The position numbers and the translations under genes were made by a program. From Chloroflexota bacterium (GTDB lineage Bacteria > Chloroflexota > Dehalococcoidia > Lucifugimonadales > UBA826), in NCBI GenBank assembly GCA_002722155.1, contig PBKS01000001.1:91644-155643 (forward strand): a stretch of DNA of 64,000 nucleotides. The letters run 5' to 3'. This document shows positions 29,397 through 40,101 of this stretch, one piece after another (positions within the stretch are counted from its first letter, which is position 1; each line of letters begins with the position of its first letter). The notes beneath the pieces were generated by a model. That model searched no databases and was not told the DNA's origin. It was given only the letters and a program-made list of their open reading frames with translations.

Positions 29397-30710
29397 ATGA
29401 ATTTCTCAAATATCGACGTTTTTCCTATGGGCACAACAGTCAACTCACAAGGAGTTCTTGAAATAGGGGGTTGTGACGTAGTTTCATTATCTGAAACCTA
29501 TGGAACTCCATTGTACGTTTATGATGAGAACACCATAAGGACTATGGCACGTACTTTTGTGGGTGAATTTACATCCCGGTATGCAAATACTTCTGTCGCT
29601 TACGCATCTAAAGCCTTTCTTAATTTAGCTATGGCTAAAATAGCCTCTGAGGAAAAACTTTCACTTGACGTTGTTTCGGGTGGAGAAGTAGCAGTAGCAC
29701 ATGCTGCAGGATTTCCCTGCAATAAAATGTATTTCCATGGAAATAACAAAACCCCACAAGAACTTTCTGAAGCCATCGATTTGGGGGTTGGAACTATAGT
29801 TGTAGATGGCTTCCAAGAACTCGACCTACTGAATTCAATAGCCAAATCTAAGAACACCACTCAAGGAATTATGTTAAGGCTGTCTCCTTCTGTTGATGCT
29901 CATACACATGCTCATACCACAACAGGAATATTGGACGTAAAGTTTGGATTCTCCATAGAAACTGGGGAAAGCACTCTTGCCATTAGGCAGGCCATCGATT
30001 CCAGTAATCTTGACCTCCAAGGAATACACTTTCATCTCGGGTCCCCAATTTTTGAATTGGAGCCTTACTCAACAGCAATAGACACGGTGCTCGATTATTT
30101 GAAGCCATTTTTTAGTCAAGGTTTAAAATTAAGAAAATTCAGTCCAGGTGGTGGATTTGCAATTGGATACCTTCAACAGCAGCTACCCCCATCAATAGCT
30201 GGTTATGCTGACGTAATCACCTCCATGTTAAAAAACAAATGTGAGGATTTAGGAATTGAATACCCTGAATTGATCATTGAACCAGGAAGATCCATAGTAG
30301 GAAGAGCGGGAGTCGCAATCTATACAGTAGGTGTGACCAAAAACATCCCGAACGTCCGAACTTACGTATCTCTGGACGGGGGTATGGGAGACAACATAAG
30401 GCCAGCTTTGTACGACGCGCAATATGAAGCTGTGGCCGCAAATAGAATGTCTGGAGGAGATCTCACTACTGTTACACTAGCCGGTAAATACTGTGAGACA
30501 GGCGACATCTTAGTGAAAGACATAGCACTCCCCAGTTTAGATTCGGGAGACATAGTGGCCATACCAGCATCTGGTGCCTATTGCATCGCGATGTCCAGCA
30601 ATTACAACATGAATCCACGTCCCGAAATTGTAATGGTCTCTCAAGGAACAGCTCGAGTGATTAGAAAAAGAGAAACTTATAAAGATTTAATGGCTCTAGA
30701 TCTACCGTAG
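29397..30710 (+). CDS. lysA: Diaminopimelate decarboxylase
   Basis: YGTPLYVYD, YASKAF, HLGS, EPGRS, KYCETGD, GAY..MSSNYN. Confidence 0.96.
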   Translation: MNFSNIDVFPMGTTVNSQGVLEIGGCDVVSLSETYGTPLYVYDENTIRTMARTFVGEFTSRYANTSVAYASKAFLNLAMAKIASEEKLSLDVVSGGEVAVAHAAGFPCNKMYFHGNNKTPQELSEAIDLGVGTIVVDGFQELDLLNSIAKSKNTTQGIMLRLSPSVDAHTHAHTTTGILDVKFGFSIETGESTLAIRQAIDSSNLDLQGIHFHLGSPIFELEPYSTAIDTVLDYLKPFFSQGLKLRKFSPGGGFAIGYLQQQLPPSIAGYADVITSMLKNKCEDLGIEYPELIIEPGRSIVGRAGVAIYTVGVTKNIPNVRTYVSLDGGMGDNIRPALYDAQYEAVAANRMSGGDLTTVTLAGKYCETGDILVKDIALPSLDSGDIVAIPASGAYCIAMSSNYNMNPRPEIVMVSQGTARVIRKRETYKDLMALDLP

Positions 30711-30719
30711 TCAGTTAAC

Positions 30720-31496
30720 GTGGACCAAAACATAGTAAAACCCTCAATAAAGCCTGTTTTTGTCTACGGTATAGCTTCCATAAATATATTTATTTGGATA
30801 ATTATGGAAATCTATGGAGGGAGTACCAACCCATCCAATCTGCGCAGATTCGGGGCGATTGATTCTTATTTAATTTGGTCGGGGGAATATTGGAGACTCG
30901 CCACATCAATTTTCCTTCATATCGGGGCTACTCACCTCGCAATAAATTCCATAAGCCTTGTAATTATGGGGGGCCTAGCAGAACGTTTGTATGGACACCG
31001 CAATTTCATTTTTATTTTTCTTATTACTGGGCTTCTAGGTAGTTCCGTCAGCTATTTGAATATCGGAAACGGAATTGTGGGTGCTGGAGCTAGTGGTGCA
31101 ATATTTGGATGCCTAGGAAGCCTAGTCTCTTATTTTTATGTTCGAAGGAACAGTCTCGGGAAGTCAGGAAAACAAACCCTAAACGGATTGATAATTTTAG
31201 CCCTCGCTAACCTTGCTTTCGGATTTGTTATACCCGCCGTCGATAATTGGGCACACATTGGAGGACTTATTTCAGGCTTGGCCTCGGGATATTTTTTGAT
31301 TTCCTATACTAACGGGCAGCACAGATTTATAACTAATTCTGGAACTATACAGTCAATCTCCGTGCTTATTGTCGGTCTCTCAATACTTACTGCTTTGCTA
31401 GCCATAGGCCATGTAAATTACGACCCGGAAAATATTTTCCCGTTTTCTAAGCAAACAATTTTGAAGGACTTTCTATCAAGCGTTGCAATCTTCTAA
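30720..31496 (+). CDS. Rhomboid intramembrane serine protease
   Basis: EYWRL, HLAIN, GASGA, AHIGG. Confidence 0.92.
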   Translation: MDQNIVKPSIKPVFVYGIASINIFIWIIMEIYGGSTNPSNLRRFGAIDSYLIWSGEYWRLATSIFLHIGATHLAINSISLVIMGGLAERLYGHRNFIFIFLITGLLGSSVSYLNIGNGIVGAGASGAIFGCLGSLVSYFYVRRNSLGKSGKQTLNGLIILALANLAFGFVIPAVDNWAHIGGLISGLASGYFLISYTNGQHRFITNSGTIQSISVLIVGLSILTALLAIGHVNYDPENIFPFSKQTILKDFLSSVAIF

Positions 31497-32613
31497 AGAA
31501 GCTTGCCGCCATAGCACCGTCCACTACTTGATGATCACCAGTCAGACTTAATGTCATCATTTCCCTTACAACTACTTCCCCATCTCGCACAACAGGTTTT
31601 TGCAGTGAACGTCCAACGCCCAGTAATCCGACCTGTGCTTGATTCAAAATTGGTGTAAAGCCGTCTACTGACCCTAATATTGATATAGTGAAAGTTCCGC
31701 CCATAAAATCATCTGGACCAAGCTCGCCTCTCTTTGCTGCTTCTGAAAGGTTTTTAATTTCTCCTGATATTTCCGAAATAGTTTTTGAATTGGTGTCTCT
31801 AATAACTGGCACTACCAGTCCGTCGTCTAATGCAACAGCAAAAGCCATGTTAACTCTGTCGAATTTTAAAATTGAGTCCCCAACCAACACACTGTTAAGA
31901 ACTGGAATCCTTACTAAAGCCTCGCTTGTAGCTTTAATCAAAACTTCAGCCATACCCAAACCTTTTGCGCGCCTTAAGTTTTGGGATTCAGTCACGTCAA
32001 CTTCAAGAAAATAGGATAACTGCGCAGTGTTAGCCAAACTATTTTTCATATTACCTGCAATACTTTTCCTGATTCCCTGCAACGGGATTTCAGATATCGG
32101 CCTGGGTAATCCCGGGGGTAATTGAGGTTTTGATTTTGCAGAACTATCCTCTAGGTCCCTTACATCCGCTTCAACCACTCTTCCTCTTGGGCCTGTAGGG
32201 ACCGCGTCTTTAATATCAAGTCCTAATTTGATTGCAAGCTTCCGAGCTCCAGGAGTAGAGGGTACCGTATCCATTACTGATACTGTTTTCGGTGATTTTC
32301 TTTGCTTCATCCTTTCAGATATGCTCTCAGCGGGTGAGGAATTATCTGATTTCTCTTGTAGCTCCGGAGGAGCTTCACCATCTTCAAGTAAATATCCCAT
32401 CACATCATCAACTAATACTGTAGTCCCATGATCGACGACCGGATGAAAAATTCCTGAATTAGTAGCTTCTAAATCATAATTTACCTTCTCGGTCTCTATT
32501 TCGGCTATAACTTCACCTTGAGCTACATTATCTCCGGCTGTTTTAGTAAATTTTGTAACGATGCCTTCGGTCATGAAATCACCTAACCTAGGCATAACTA
32601 TAGGAATTGCCAT
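31447..32613 (-). CDS. Dihydrolipoamide acyltransferase E2 (acetoin/2-oxoacid dehydrogenase)
   Basis: Lipoyl domain ETEKV, E3-binding GPRGRV, catalytic DHQVVDG. Confidence 0.9.
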   Translation of the reverse strand: MAIPIVMPRLGDFMTEGIVTKFTKTAGDNVAQGEVIAEIETEKVNYDLEATNSGIFHPVVDHGTTVLVDDVMGYLLEDGEAPPELQEKSDNSSPAESISERMKQRKSPKTVSVMDTVPSTPGARKLAIKLGLDIKDAVPTGPRGRVVEADVRDLEDSSAKSKPQLPPGLPRPISEIPLQGIRKSIAGNMKNSLANTAQLSYFLEVDVTESQNLRRAKGLGMAEVLIKATSEALVRIPVLNSVLVGDSILKFDRVNMAFAVALDDGLVVPVIRDTNSKTISEISGEIKNLSEAAKRGELGPDDFMGGTFTISILGSVDGFTPILNQAQVGLLGVGRSLQKPVVRDGEVVVREMMTLSLTGDHQVVDGAMAASFFRRLQRLIESPSKLFA

Positions 32614-32628
32614 ATCTGTATCGATCTC

Positions 32629-33657
32629 CTATTCCAAAACTTCTAGAGCCGCCGACACAACCTTTTCTTTGTTAGGCACATAGAGGGCCTCTAGAGGTCT
32701 ACTATATGGAACTTGGGCATGTGGTGCCGTCACCCTTTTCGGTGGGGCATCTAGATAGTCGAATGCTTCCTCTGCTACCAGGGCAGATATATCGCTCGCG
32801 ACACTACACCTAGGATAATCTTCATCGACTATAACGATCTTCCTAGTCTTTTGAACGGAGGAAAGTATTGCGTCATCATCCATGGGGGATAACGATAATA
32901 GATCTAACACTTCAACCGAGTAACCTTGATCTTCTAATAAAGCTGCTGCCTCCATACAAACCCGAGTCGTGTAACCGATGCCCAAGAGAGTTATATCTTC
33001 TCCCCGAGTTTTAAAATCTGACTTCCCTATATCAATGACGTAGGGATCTTCCGGCACATGGTCTTCGAATCTCAATCCCATGAGTTGACGATTATTAAAT
33101 ACAATAACTGGGTCGTCATCTCTTATCGCTGCCGTCATTAGTCCTTTGGCATTGTACGGATTTGAAGGCACTACACATTTCAATCCCGGGAAATGAGTGA
33201 ATATCGAATAGAGGGTCTCGGAATGCTGTGCAGCTGAATTCGTACCCGCCCCAATACCTGTCATTATGGTCAAAGGCACCTTTACTTTGCCGCCAAACAT
33301 ATAATGCATTTTTGCTGCATTGTTAGTGATCTGATCGGCGCAAACACCGTAAAAACTCACGTACATTAAATCAACCACAGGCCGTAGTCCGGAGGCAGCG
33401 GCTCCAACGCCTGCACCTACAAACCCTGCTTCTGATATCGGAGTGTCTCTTACTCTTAAACGCCCAAAATCATTAACCAACCCTTTAGTTAACCTCATCG
33501 GTCCACCCCAAGCATCTTGAAAATCTTCCCTTTCCCCTCCCCCAGCTATATCTTCTCCCATTACAATAACATCTGGATCTCTGGTCATTTCTTGCCTTAA
33601 GGCCTCATTGACCGCCTGTATGAAACTTATTTGCCTTGTAGATTGAGTCTGTGTCAT
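32629..33657 (-). CDS. E1 beta subunit, AcoB-like 2-oxoacid/acetoin dehydrogenase
   Basis: MGEDI, DTPISE, AAQHS, AFDYLDAP; AGGAGG RBS before ATG 33657. Confidence 0.93.
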   Translation of the reverse strand: MTQTQSTRQISFIQAVNEALRQEMTRDPDVIVMGEDIAGGGEREDFQDAWGGPMRLTKGLVNDFGRLRVRDTPISEAGFVGAGVGAAASGLRPVVDLMYVSFYGVCADQITNNAAKMHYMFGGKVKVPLTIMTGIGAGTNSAAQHSETLYSIFTHFPGLKCVVPSNPYNAKGLMTAAIRDDDPVIVFNNRQLMGLRFEDHVPEDPYVIDIGKSDFKTRGEDITLLGIGYTTRVCMEAAALLEDQGYSVEVLDLLSLSPMDDDAILSSVQKTRKIVIVDEDYPRCSVASDISALVAEEAFDYLDAPPKRVTAPHAQVPYSRPLEALYVPNKEKVVSAALEVLE

Positions 33658-33806
33658 ATCAGTATCCTCCTGTAAAGAATATCCGCCCACTTTTCCAATG
33701 TCCGGTCGATCAGATTCGGGAAATTCGCTGGATTATACCAGTAAGCCATTCTAGTTTGTCGAAAATAAACAAAGCCATAAAATTTTCAAAACACCCATAT
33801 TAATAA

Positions 33807-33836
33807 TTGACACTTATTTATCGCCGTTGATACGAT
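33807..33836 (+). promoter_or_regulatory. Putative promoter of tRNA-Ala
   Basis: TTGACA-N18-TACGAT with TG extension, 20 nt upstream of the tRNA. Confidence 0.6.
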
Positions 33837-33856
33837 TTCGATGCGTAGATTGAGGA

Positions 33857-33932
33857 GGGGATATAGCTCAAAAGGGAGAGCGCGGCGTTCGCAATGCCGA
33901 GGTTGGGGGTTCGATTCCCCCTATCTCCACCA
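33857..33932 (+). tRNA. tRNA-Ala, anticodon CGC (CCA encoded)
   Basis: Acceptor GGGGATA/TATCTCC with G3:U70, anticodon arm CGGCG-TTCGCAA-TGCCG, TTCGATT, ACCA. Confidence 0.95.
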
Positions 33933-34002
33933 GGAACTTTATTTTGATCACCTAAATCGGCATATCATACCGCAGCCATACACTTCTTTGGTGGGAGTTA
34001 TT

Positions 34003-35262
34003 TTGTACAACATACCTCATTTCGCTGCTCTACGGCACAAAGATTACGCATATACATGGGGAGCCAGTGGCATGGCGGGGGCTAGCTCATGGACCTTTCT
34101 GATCGCGAGCCAATGGTTTGTTTTGGATCTATCTGATCAAAGTTCATTAGTTGGCTGGTTCACATTTGCTTCTATGATTCCCTTTCTGGTTGCTTCTCCA
34201 ATTGGGGGACTTTTAGCTGACAGGGTAGAAAGAAAAAAACTCACAATAAGCACTCAAATACTTGGAATAGCGACCATAGGGTGCGCTGCGATTCTTTCAC
34301 TGGCTGCAGTGCTGGAATTATGGCATCTCTGCATTCTGGCGTTTATAGCCGGCAGCTGCAGAACAACTCAGGAAGCTTCAATAGTTTCTTTAATAACCAA
34401 TTTAGTCCCACGAGATGATTTACTTAACGCAATCACACTTAACTCTGCTACCAGGCATGGCTCCAGGGTAATAGGGATGTCAATATTAATATTTTCCGGA
34501 GTATCTCAATCCATTAATTTTGGAACTTCCGAATTCTTGCTAGGAAGCATGTTATTTGGAATAGCTTCAGCCATTCTTATGTTAAAAGTTAAACAAACCT
34601 CCACTGGAGAAACTGTTGGCACCACCAACCCTTTTAGGGGAATATGGGAGGGAATGAATTACATTTACGCCCACAGAGTGGTTGCAATTTTTATCATATT
34701 AGTAGCTTTTCATTGTGCCCTTGCTATGTCGTTTGACTCCATACTTCCTGGCTTTACTAAAGAAAGGCTATCATCCATCAATGAAACGATCCTGGCCCTG
34801 TTAGTAGTGTCTTTTGGAATCGGTTCTGCTGGTGGCACATTCTTATTAGCAGGAGTTAGAAATGAAAAAAGAAAGGGATTACTATTGCTTTCAATGGGAA
34901 TATCTAGTGGGATTTCCCCTTTGATACTTGGCTTTTCTTTTAATGTCTCTACGGCATTCTTTGCCACCCTTTTAATGGGTGCGACAGAGTCTATATTTAT
35001 GGCATTGACAGCAACCTATGTTCAACTTGTCACTCCAGATAGGTTAAGAGGACGCGTAACAAGCCTCTACATATTACATGCTGGTGGGATTATGGCCTTT
35101 GCTAATTTAGGTTACGGATATTTGGCTGACCTTTATAACGCCTCTAATGTTCTTATTGTCACAGGTGCTATATTTTTTATTTTCTTTGCAGGTATTAGCT
35201 TTAGTGATCCAATTTTGAAATCAGTGTACAAGGGAACAAACGTTCCCGAACTCACTGATTAA
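34003..35262 (+). CDS. MFS transporter (DHA3/MFS_3-like); probable start TTG 34003, not 33841
   Basis: GGLLADRVERK, PDRLRGRV; GGGAG RBS. The ORF-track extension overlaps tRNA-Ala. Confidence 0.88.
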   Translation: MYNIPHFAALRHKDYAYTWGASGMAGASSWTFLIASQWFVLDLSDQSSLVGWFTFASMIPFLVASPIGGLLADRVERKKLTISTQILGIATIGCAAILSLAAVLELWHLCILAFIAGSCRTTQEASIVSLITNLVPRDDLLNAITLNSATRHGSRVIGMSILIFSGVSQSINFGTSEFLLGSMLFGIASAILMLKVKQTSTGETVGTTNPFRGIWEGMNYIYAHRVVAIFIILVAFHCALAMSFDSILPGFTKERLSSINETILALLVVSFGIGSAGGTFLLAGVRNEKRKGLLLLSMGISSGISPLILGFSFNVSTAFFATLLMGATESIFMALTATYVQLVTPDRLRGRVTSLYILHAGGIMAFANLGYGYLADLYNASNVLIVTGAIFFIFFAGISFSDPILKSVYKGTNVPELTD

Positions 35263-35440
35263 TCTAAAAATCTAATCTCTTCTATAGCGTGGGCCATATA
35301 AACAGCAATGCCCCAGATAGATTTATAAACCCATAAAATCTGCTCTAGTCACTTGCAATGTTTATCCTTTATCCTGATACATGAGGCTAACAACGAGACA
35401 AAATATACGATCTAAAAAAGCTCTGACATCAGGTTTCAAT

Positions 35441-36331
35441 ATGAGTATTAACAAAGCCGTAATTCCAGTGGCAGGTTTAGGTACCAGGTTCCTCCCAACG
35501 ACATTAGCTGTTCCCAAGGTGATGATTCCAATATATGACCGACCTTCCCTCCATTATTGTATTGAGGAAGCTATCGACTCTGGAATCACCAAAATTATAT
35601 TGATAATCTCTGAAATTCAGGAGGATATCATTAAGAATTATTTCAGCCTCAATGATTCGATTTCAGATGCTTTAAAAAATAAGGGCCACGAAAAATCACT
35701 GGCTGAAATCGAAAAGATACTAAATAGGGCCTCAGTAGAATTTGTTATTCAAAAACAACCCCTAGGATTGGGTGATGCTGTGCTAATGGCAAAAAAATCA
35801 ATAGGAGAAACTTCCTTTGCGGTTTTATTACCTGATGACCTGATAATAGGAAATACCCCAACTTTAAAGCACATGCTGCATATTCATTCCCACACCAACG
35901 ATTTAGTTGTAGCAATCAAGCAGGTTGATAGTAGGGATATCCCAAATCTTGGTATTGTCTCGACAGCTAATTCTCAAGGAGAAATTCATGAAATAATTGG
36001 TATGGTGGAAAAACCTTCTGTGGAGGAGGCTCCGTCAGATTTGGCAATCATTGGGCGATACGTATTACCTATCGAAATTTTTGATGCCCTAGAACGTTCC
36101 CATAAAGGTGCCTTGGGAGAAATACAACTTACTGACGCGATTGCATCTTTAATACCCTATAGGGGTTGCAAAGGTTATTTGTTCCAAAATGCTCACTTTG
36201 ACGTGGGAACCCCGCTAGGCTTATTGCAGGCTTCCTTACATCAAGCCGTAAATCGACATGGTATTGATGTGGATTTTGGAGATTGGTTAAATTTTTCATT
36301 TCCAGAAAACCACCAAAGATTACCGAAATAA
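35441..36331 (+). CDS. galU: UTP--glucose-1-phosphate uridylyltransferase
   Basis: KAVIPVAGLGTRFLP, QPLGLG, VEKP, GEIQLTDA. Confidence 0.92.
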   Translation: MSINKAVIPVAGLGTRFLPTTLAVPKVMIPIYDRPSLHYCIEEAIDSGITKIILIISEIQEDIIKNYFSLNDSISDALKNKGHEKSLAEIEKILNRASVEFVIQKQPLGLGDAVLMAKKSIGETSFAVLLPDDLIIGNTPTLKHMLHIHSHTNDLVVAIKQVDSRDIPNLGIVSTANSQGEIHEIIGMVEKPSVEEAPSDLAIIGRYVLPIEIFDALERSHKGALGEIQLTDAIASLIPYRGCKGYLFQNAHFDVGTPLGLLQASLHQAVNRHGIDVDFGDWLNFSFPENHQRLPK

Positions 36332-37213
36332 CACCAGAACAACCGTCACTAAGGATAACCAAGTCACAACGCATCCAACGAGAAAAAAATCTCGAGAGAT
36401 AATCTCTTCTGGTTTCTCTCCAAGACCTCTACTATTCACCAGGAACTGATACCGAATCATACCAAACAAAACAAGGGGAATAGTAAAAACCATGGAATTG
36501 TTTGTTGGTAAATTTTCAGCACTCACCGCGTAAACACTATAGGCCATGGCAGTACCAATTAGGAACAAGTACATCGTAGGTTTTAGAAAGGCGGTCCTGT
36601 ATTTGGAAAGGGATCCCCTTGTTACCAACGGCCGGTCTTCTTCTTTGAGTAACTCAGCATATCTTTTTGAAAGCGCGATGAACATTGCCCCAAGAGCCAT
36701 ACAAACATATAACCAAACAGAAACAGGAACATCTATGGCAACTGCCCCTGATAAAACCCTCAATACAAACCCTGAAGAAATAGCTAGCACGTCCAAAACA
36801 ACGAAGGCTCGAAAGAAAAAAGAATACATAAACATTAGAAAGAAATAAATCAATAGATACCAAACGGTGTCACTCACTGTAAAGTAGCAAATAACTAATG
36901 ACACGGCCGCTAAAAAAAAGGAACTCGTTAATGCGACTTTCGTAGAAATCATCCCAGCCGCTATAGGACGCTTTTTCTTCTCCATATGATATATATCTTC
37001 TTTTTTGTCCAAAACGTCATTACATAAATAAACGGCCGAACTTGCCAAGACAAAAACCAAAAATATGACGCCCGATCTGAACAATGGACCAAGAATGGTT
37101 GGAAAATCATCTATTAACCATGCTTCATTGGTAGAAAATAACAATGGTAAAAACACCATTAGATTTTTTATCCATTGATACGGTCGGGTAGATTTTAAAA
37201 TATTTAATAGCAT
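36320..37213 (-). CDS. UbiA family prenyltransferase (decaprenyl-phosphate phosphoribosyltransferase-like)
   Basis: RPYQWIKN, YLCNDVLD...KKKRPIAAG, KRYAE. Confidence 0.88.
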   Translation of the reverse strand: MLLNILKSTRPYQWIKNLMVFLPLLFSTNEAWLIDDFPTILGPLFRSGVIFLVFVLASSAVYLCNDVLDKKEDIYHMEKKKRPIAAGMISTKVALTSSFFLAAVSLVICYFTVSDTVWYLLIYFFLMFMYSFFFRAFVVLDVLAISSGFVLRVLSGAVAIDVPVSVWLYVCMALGAMFIALSKRYAELLKEEDRPLVTRGSLSKYRTAFLKPTMYLFLIGTAMAYSVYAVSAENLPTNNSMVFTIPLVLFGMIRYQFLVNSRGLGEKPEEIISRDFFLVGCVVTWLSLVTVVLVLFR

Positions 37214-37305
37214 AATTATATATACGATTCGAATCCTGTCCGTAGCAAGAATTTGTTATAAATGCCCTAGTATAGGATAAAGAGTAGAAAAAAAGGTGTC
37301 ATTGA

Positions 37306-38157
37306 ATGCAACCCATCGCGAATTATAAATGTGTTACCGGAGAAGGACCATTGTGGCATCCCGATGAAGGTCTTTTATATTGGATTGATATTCCACTAGG
37401 TTGTCTATACAGATATGATCCAAATGATGGCTCAAAACAAAAAGTCCTTCAGGCGGGAGAAATAGGTGGTTTCACCATACAAGAGGATGGGAGCCTATTG
37501 CTCTTTATGGATAAAGGATCTATCAAAGTTTTAAAAAATGGTGGATTGACAACCATCGTAGAAAAAATTGAAGGAGAAGAAAATTCCAGGTTTAATGACG
37601 TTATCGCTAACCCGGATGGAAGTGTATTTTGCGGAACCATGCCTAGCGATAATAAAAATGGTTCTCTGTATAAATTAGATGTAGACAGAAAAATTTCTTT
37701 AGTAATTGAAAATGCAGGAATTAGCAACGGATTGGGATTTTCAACTGATCTTGAGCACATATATCACACGAATTCAACAAAAAGAACCATCACTAAATTT
37801 GAATTCGACGCTGATAAGTCTTTATTGGGAAAAGGTGAGGTTATAGTATCTACACCTGATGACAGTGGTGTTCCGGACGGTCTGACTGTCGATTCAGAGG
37901 ATTGCATATGGTCCGCTCGTTGGGACGGCTGGTCCCTATATAAATATGACAGTTTTGGAAATGAGTTAGACAGGATCAAATTTGAAGTAAAAAAAGTATC
38001 ATGCCCTACATTTGGTGGTACCGAATATAAGGATCTGTACGTGACCAGTGCAGGCGGAAATGATCCCGATACTAATGGTCTTATGGCAGGGGCTACCTTC
38101 AAACTAAACCTAGAAACCAAAGGTAAACCTGAGTTCAGATCGAAAATACAAGTATAG
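37306..38157 (+). CDS. SMP-30/gluconolactonase family protein
   Basis: GEGPLW, RFND, SNGLGFS, PDGLTVD. Confidence 0.93.
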   Translation: MQPIANYKCVTGEGPLWHPDEGLLYWIDIPLGCLYRYDPNDGSKQKVLQAGEIGGFTIQEDGSLLLFMDKGSIKVLKNGGLTTIVEKIEGEENSRFNDVIANPDGSVFCGTMPSDNKNGSLYKLDVDRKISLVIENAGISNGLGFSTDLEHIYHTNSTKRTITKFEFDADKSLLGKGEVIVSTPDDSGVPDGLTVDSEDCIWSARWDGWSLYKYDSFGNELDRIKFEVKKVSCPTFGGTEYKDLYVTSAGGNDPDTNGLMAGATFKLNLETKGKPEFRSKIQV

Positions 38158-38252
38158 GAGTCCCCTTAATGATAGAATGCCATAACCGCCGACGGATGTA
38201 GAAGGCGACGTTTTATGAGATCCTAAAATTCAGCAAGAAGAGGTTGAAAAAA

Positions 38253-39008
38253 ATGTCAGGGCATTCCAAATGGTCAACCATAAAACATAAGAAGGCTATA
38301 ACAGATTCCAGAAGAGGAAAGCTTTTCACAAAATTATCCAAGGAAATTATTGTGGCAGCAAAACAGGGCGGTGGAGATTTAGACATGAATTTCCGGCTCC
38401 GTATGGCGGTACAAATAGCTAAAGACAACAACATGCCAGCGGACAATATTGATCGGGCCGTAAAAAAAGGTACTGGCGAATCAAGCGAAGGTGCCTCAAT
38501 GGCTGAGATAGTTTACGAAGGATATGGGCCAGGCGGAATCGGGATTATGGTTGAAACCCTCACAGACAACAAAAATCGTACAGTTTCAGACATCAGATCG
38601 ACCCTTTCCAAAGCTGGAGGCAATATGGCAGAAAGTGGAGCGGTAGCATGGCAATTTGAACAAAAAGGGGTAATAGTTGTAGATATAGAGTCAAATGACG
38701 CTGAAGATTTAGCGTTAGTAGCGATTGATGCAGGGGCTGATGACTTTGAAACATACGATGGAACCCTACATGTATATTCTCAACCGAACAGCCTAGAAAA
38801 CATTAGATCTACCTTGAGTGATAGTGAGGCCAAAGTGGCCTCAACCGAACTATCTATGATTCCCAGCAACACAATAATGCTAGACAGTAAAAAGGCTATT
38901 CAAACCCTTCGTCTCCTTGATTCACTGGAGGAATTGGATGATGTGCAAAAAGTTTACTCAAATGCTGATTTCCCGGAAGAGGCATTGGACAATTTCAAAG
39001 CAACTTAA
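38253..39008 (+). CDS. yebC: YebC/PmpR family protein
   Basis: MSGHSKWSTIKHKK, YEGYGPGG, TDNKNRT, DDVQKVYSN. Confidence 0.96.
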   Translation: MSGHSKWSTIKHKKAITDSRRGKLFTKLSKEIIVAAKQGGGDLDMNFRLRMAVQIAKDNNMPADNIDRAVKKGTGESSEGASMAEIVYEGYGPGGIGIMVETLTDNKNRTVSDIRSTLSKAGGNMAESGAVAWQFEQKGVIVVDIESNDAEDLALVAIDAGADDFETYDGTLHVYSQPNSLENIRSTLSDSEAKVASTELSMIPSNTIMLDSKKAIQTLRLLDSLEELDDVQKVYSNADFPEEALDNFKAT

Positions 39009-39022
39009 TTAGTAGGATTTAA

Positions 39023-39523
39023 ATGCGAGTTCTGGGTGTTGACCCTGGAACCATTAAAATGGGCCTAGGTGTCGTAGATTCAATTTCAGGAGATTTGATG
39101 ACACCGTACCATTGTCTGATAACTCCAAAACGAAAAGATAGAATAGAAGACCGTTTGGCGTACTTGTTTGAGGCTACTTCAAAAGTGGTAAAGGAAAACT
39201 CCCCTGACGCCATAGCTGTAGAAGAACCATTTGTTTCGAAGAATCCCAAAACTGCCATTGCCATCGGTCAAGCTCAGTCAGTTGTTTTCATAGCTGGGGC
39301 CCAGAATAACATTCCGGTTTTTCGATATGCTCCACAGGAAGTAAAAAAATCCGTGACAAGTTATGGTGGTAGCTCAAAGGAACAAGTCGGTGAAATGGTT
39401 AGTTTATTACTGGGTAGTACAGAAATATCCAAGTCTGATGATGTAACAGATGCATTAGCCGTTGCTATATGCCACATCAATTCTCATATGCTAGATGATT
39501 TAATAGGAAAATCCCCATGGTAA
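39023..39523 (+). CDS. ruvC: Holliday junction resolvase
   Basis: LGVDPG, AVEEPF, VKKSVT.YG..SKEQV, DALAVAICH. Confidence 0.95.
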   Translation: MRVLGVDPGTIKMGLGVVDSISGDLMTPYHCLITPKRKDRIEDRLAYLFEATSKVVKENSPDAIAVEEPFVSKNPKTAIAIGQAQSVVFIAGAQNNIPVFRYAPQEVKKSVTSYGGSSKEQVGEMVSLLLGSTEISKSDDVTDALAVAICHINSHMLDDLIGKSPW

Positions 39524-40101
39524 ACACATTGATATCCGCTATCAAAGGCCAACTAGTAAACAAGGGGCCGGACTACGTAGACGTAGAAATAACAGGAATT
39601 ACACTGCGACTAAGTACTCCGACGACCACAATAGAAAGCATATGTGATCTAGGGGGTGAAATAAGGCTATTAACCTCTCTCCAAATGAGACAGGATTCTA
39701 TAACTTTATATGGGTTTGTATCAGAAAATGATAGAAATGCGTTCGACACACTAATTACTATAAGCGGAGTAGGACCTAGGCTTGCATTAGCTATTCTTTC
39801 AACCTTCACTGCTGTTTCCTTGGCCGCAGCCGTAACAGCAGAGGATGTTAACGCATTTAAAATGGTACCAGGTGTTGGTAACAGAACTGCTAATAGGATT
39901 CTACTAGAACTCAAAGGCAAAATGGAGCAATCTTGGTCTATTCCTAGTGATTCTACAGATTCTAATGATGTGTTTGATTCTCTTACGGCTTTAGGATACT
40001 CCATACAGGAGGCAAGAGAAGCGATCTCCTCAATCGATTCAAAAGACTTAAGTGTTGAAGAGCAAATCCGGATGGCCTTGGAGAATATCGCTAACAGATG
40101 A
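39517..40101 (+). CDS. ruvA: Holliday junction DNA-binding protein
   Basis: LYGF, SGVGPRLAL, VPGVG.RTA.RI.LELKGK, LTALGY. Confidence 0.95.
   Translation: MVNTLISAIKGQLVNKGPDYVDVEITGITLRLSTPTTTIESICDLGGEIRLLTSLQMRQDSITLYGFVSENDRNAFDTLITISGVGPRLALAILSTFTAVSLAAAVTAEDVNAFKMVPGVGNRTANRILLELKGKMEQSWSIPSDSTDSNDVFDSLTALGYSIQEAREAISSIDSKDLSVEEQIRMALENIANR

Noticed and set aside
1931..33932. Genomic island bounded by tRNA genes
   Set aside because: No integrase, no duplicated tRNA 3' end noticed, and the interval contains core genes (dnaE, groEL, lysA).
33841..34002. N-terminal extension of the MFS ORF in the ORF track
   Set aside because: It overlaps tRNA-Ala(CGC); the real start is probably TTG 34003.
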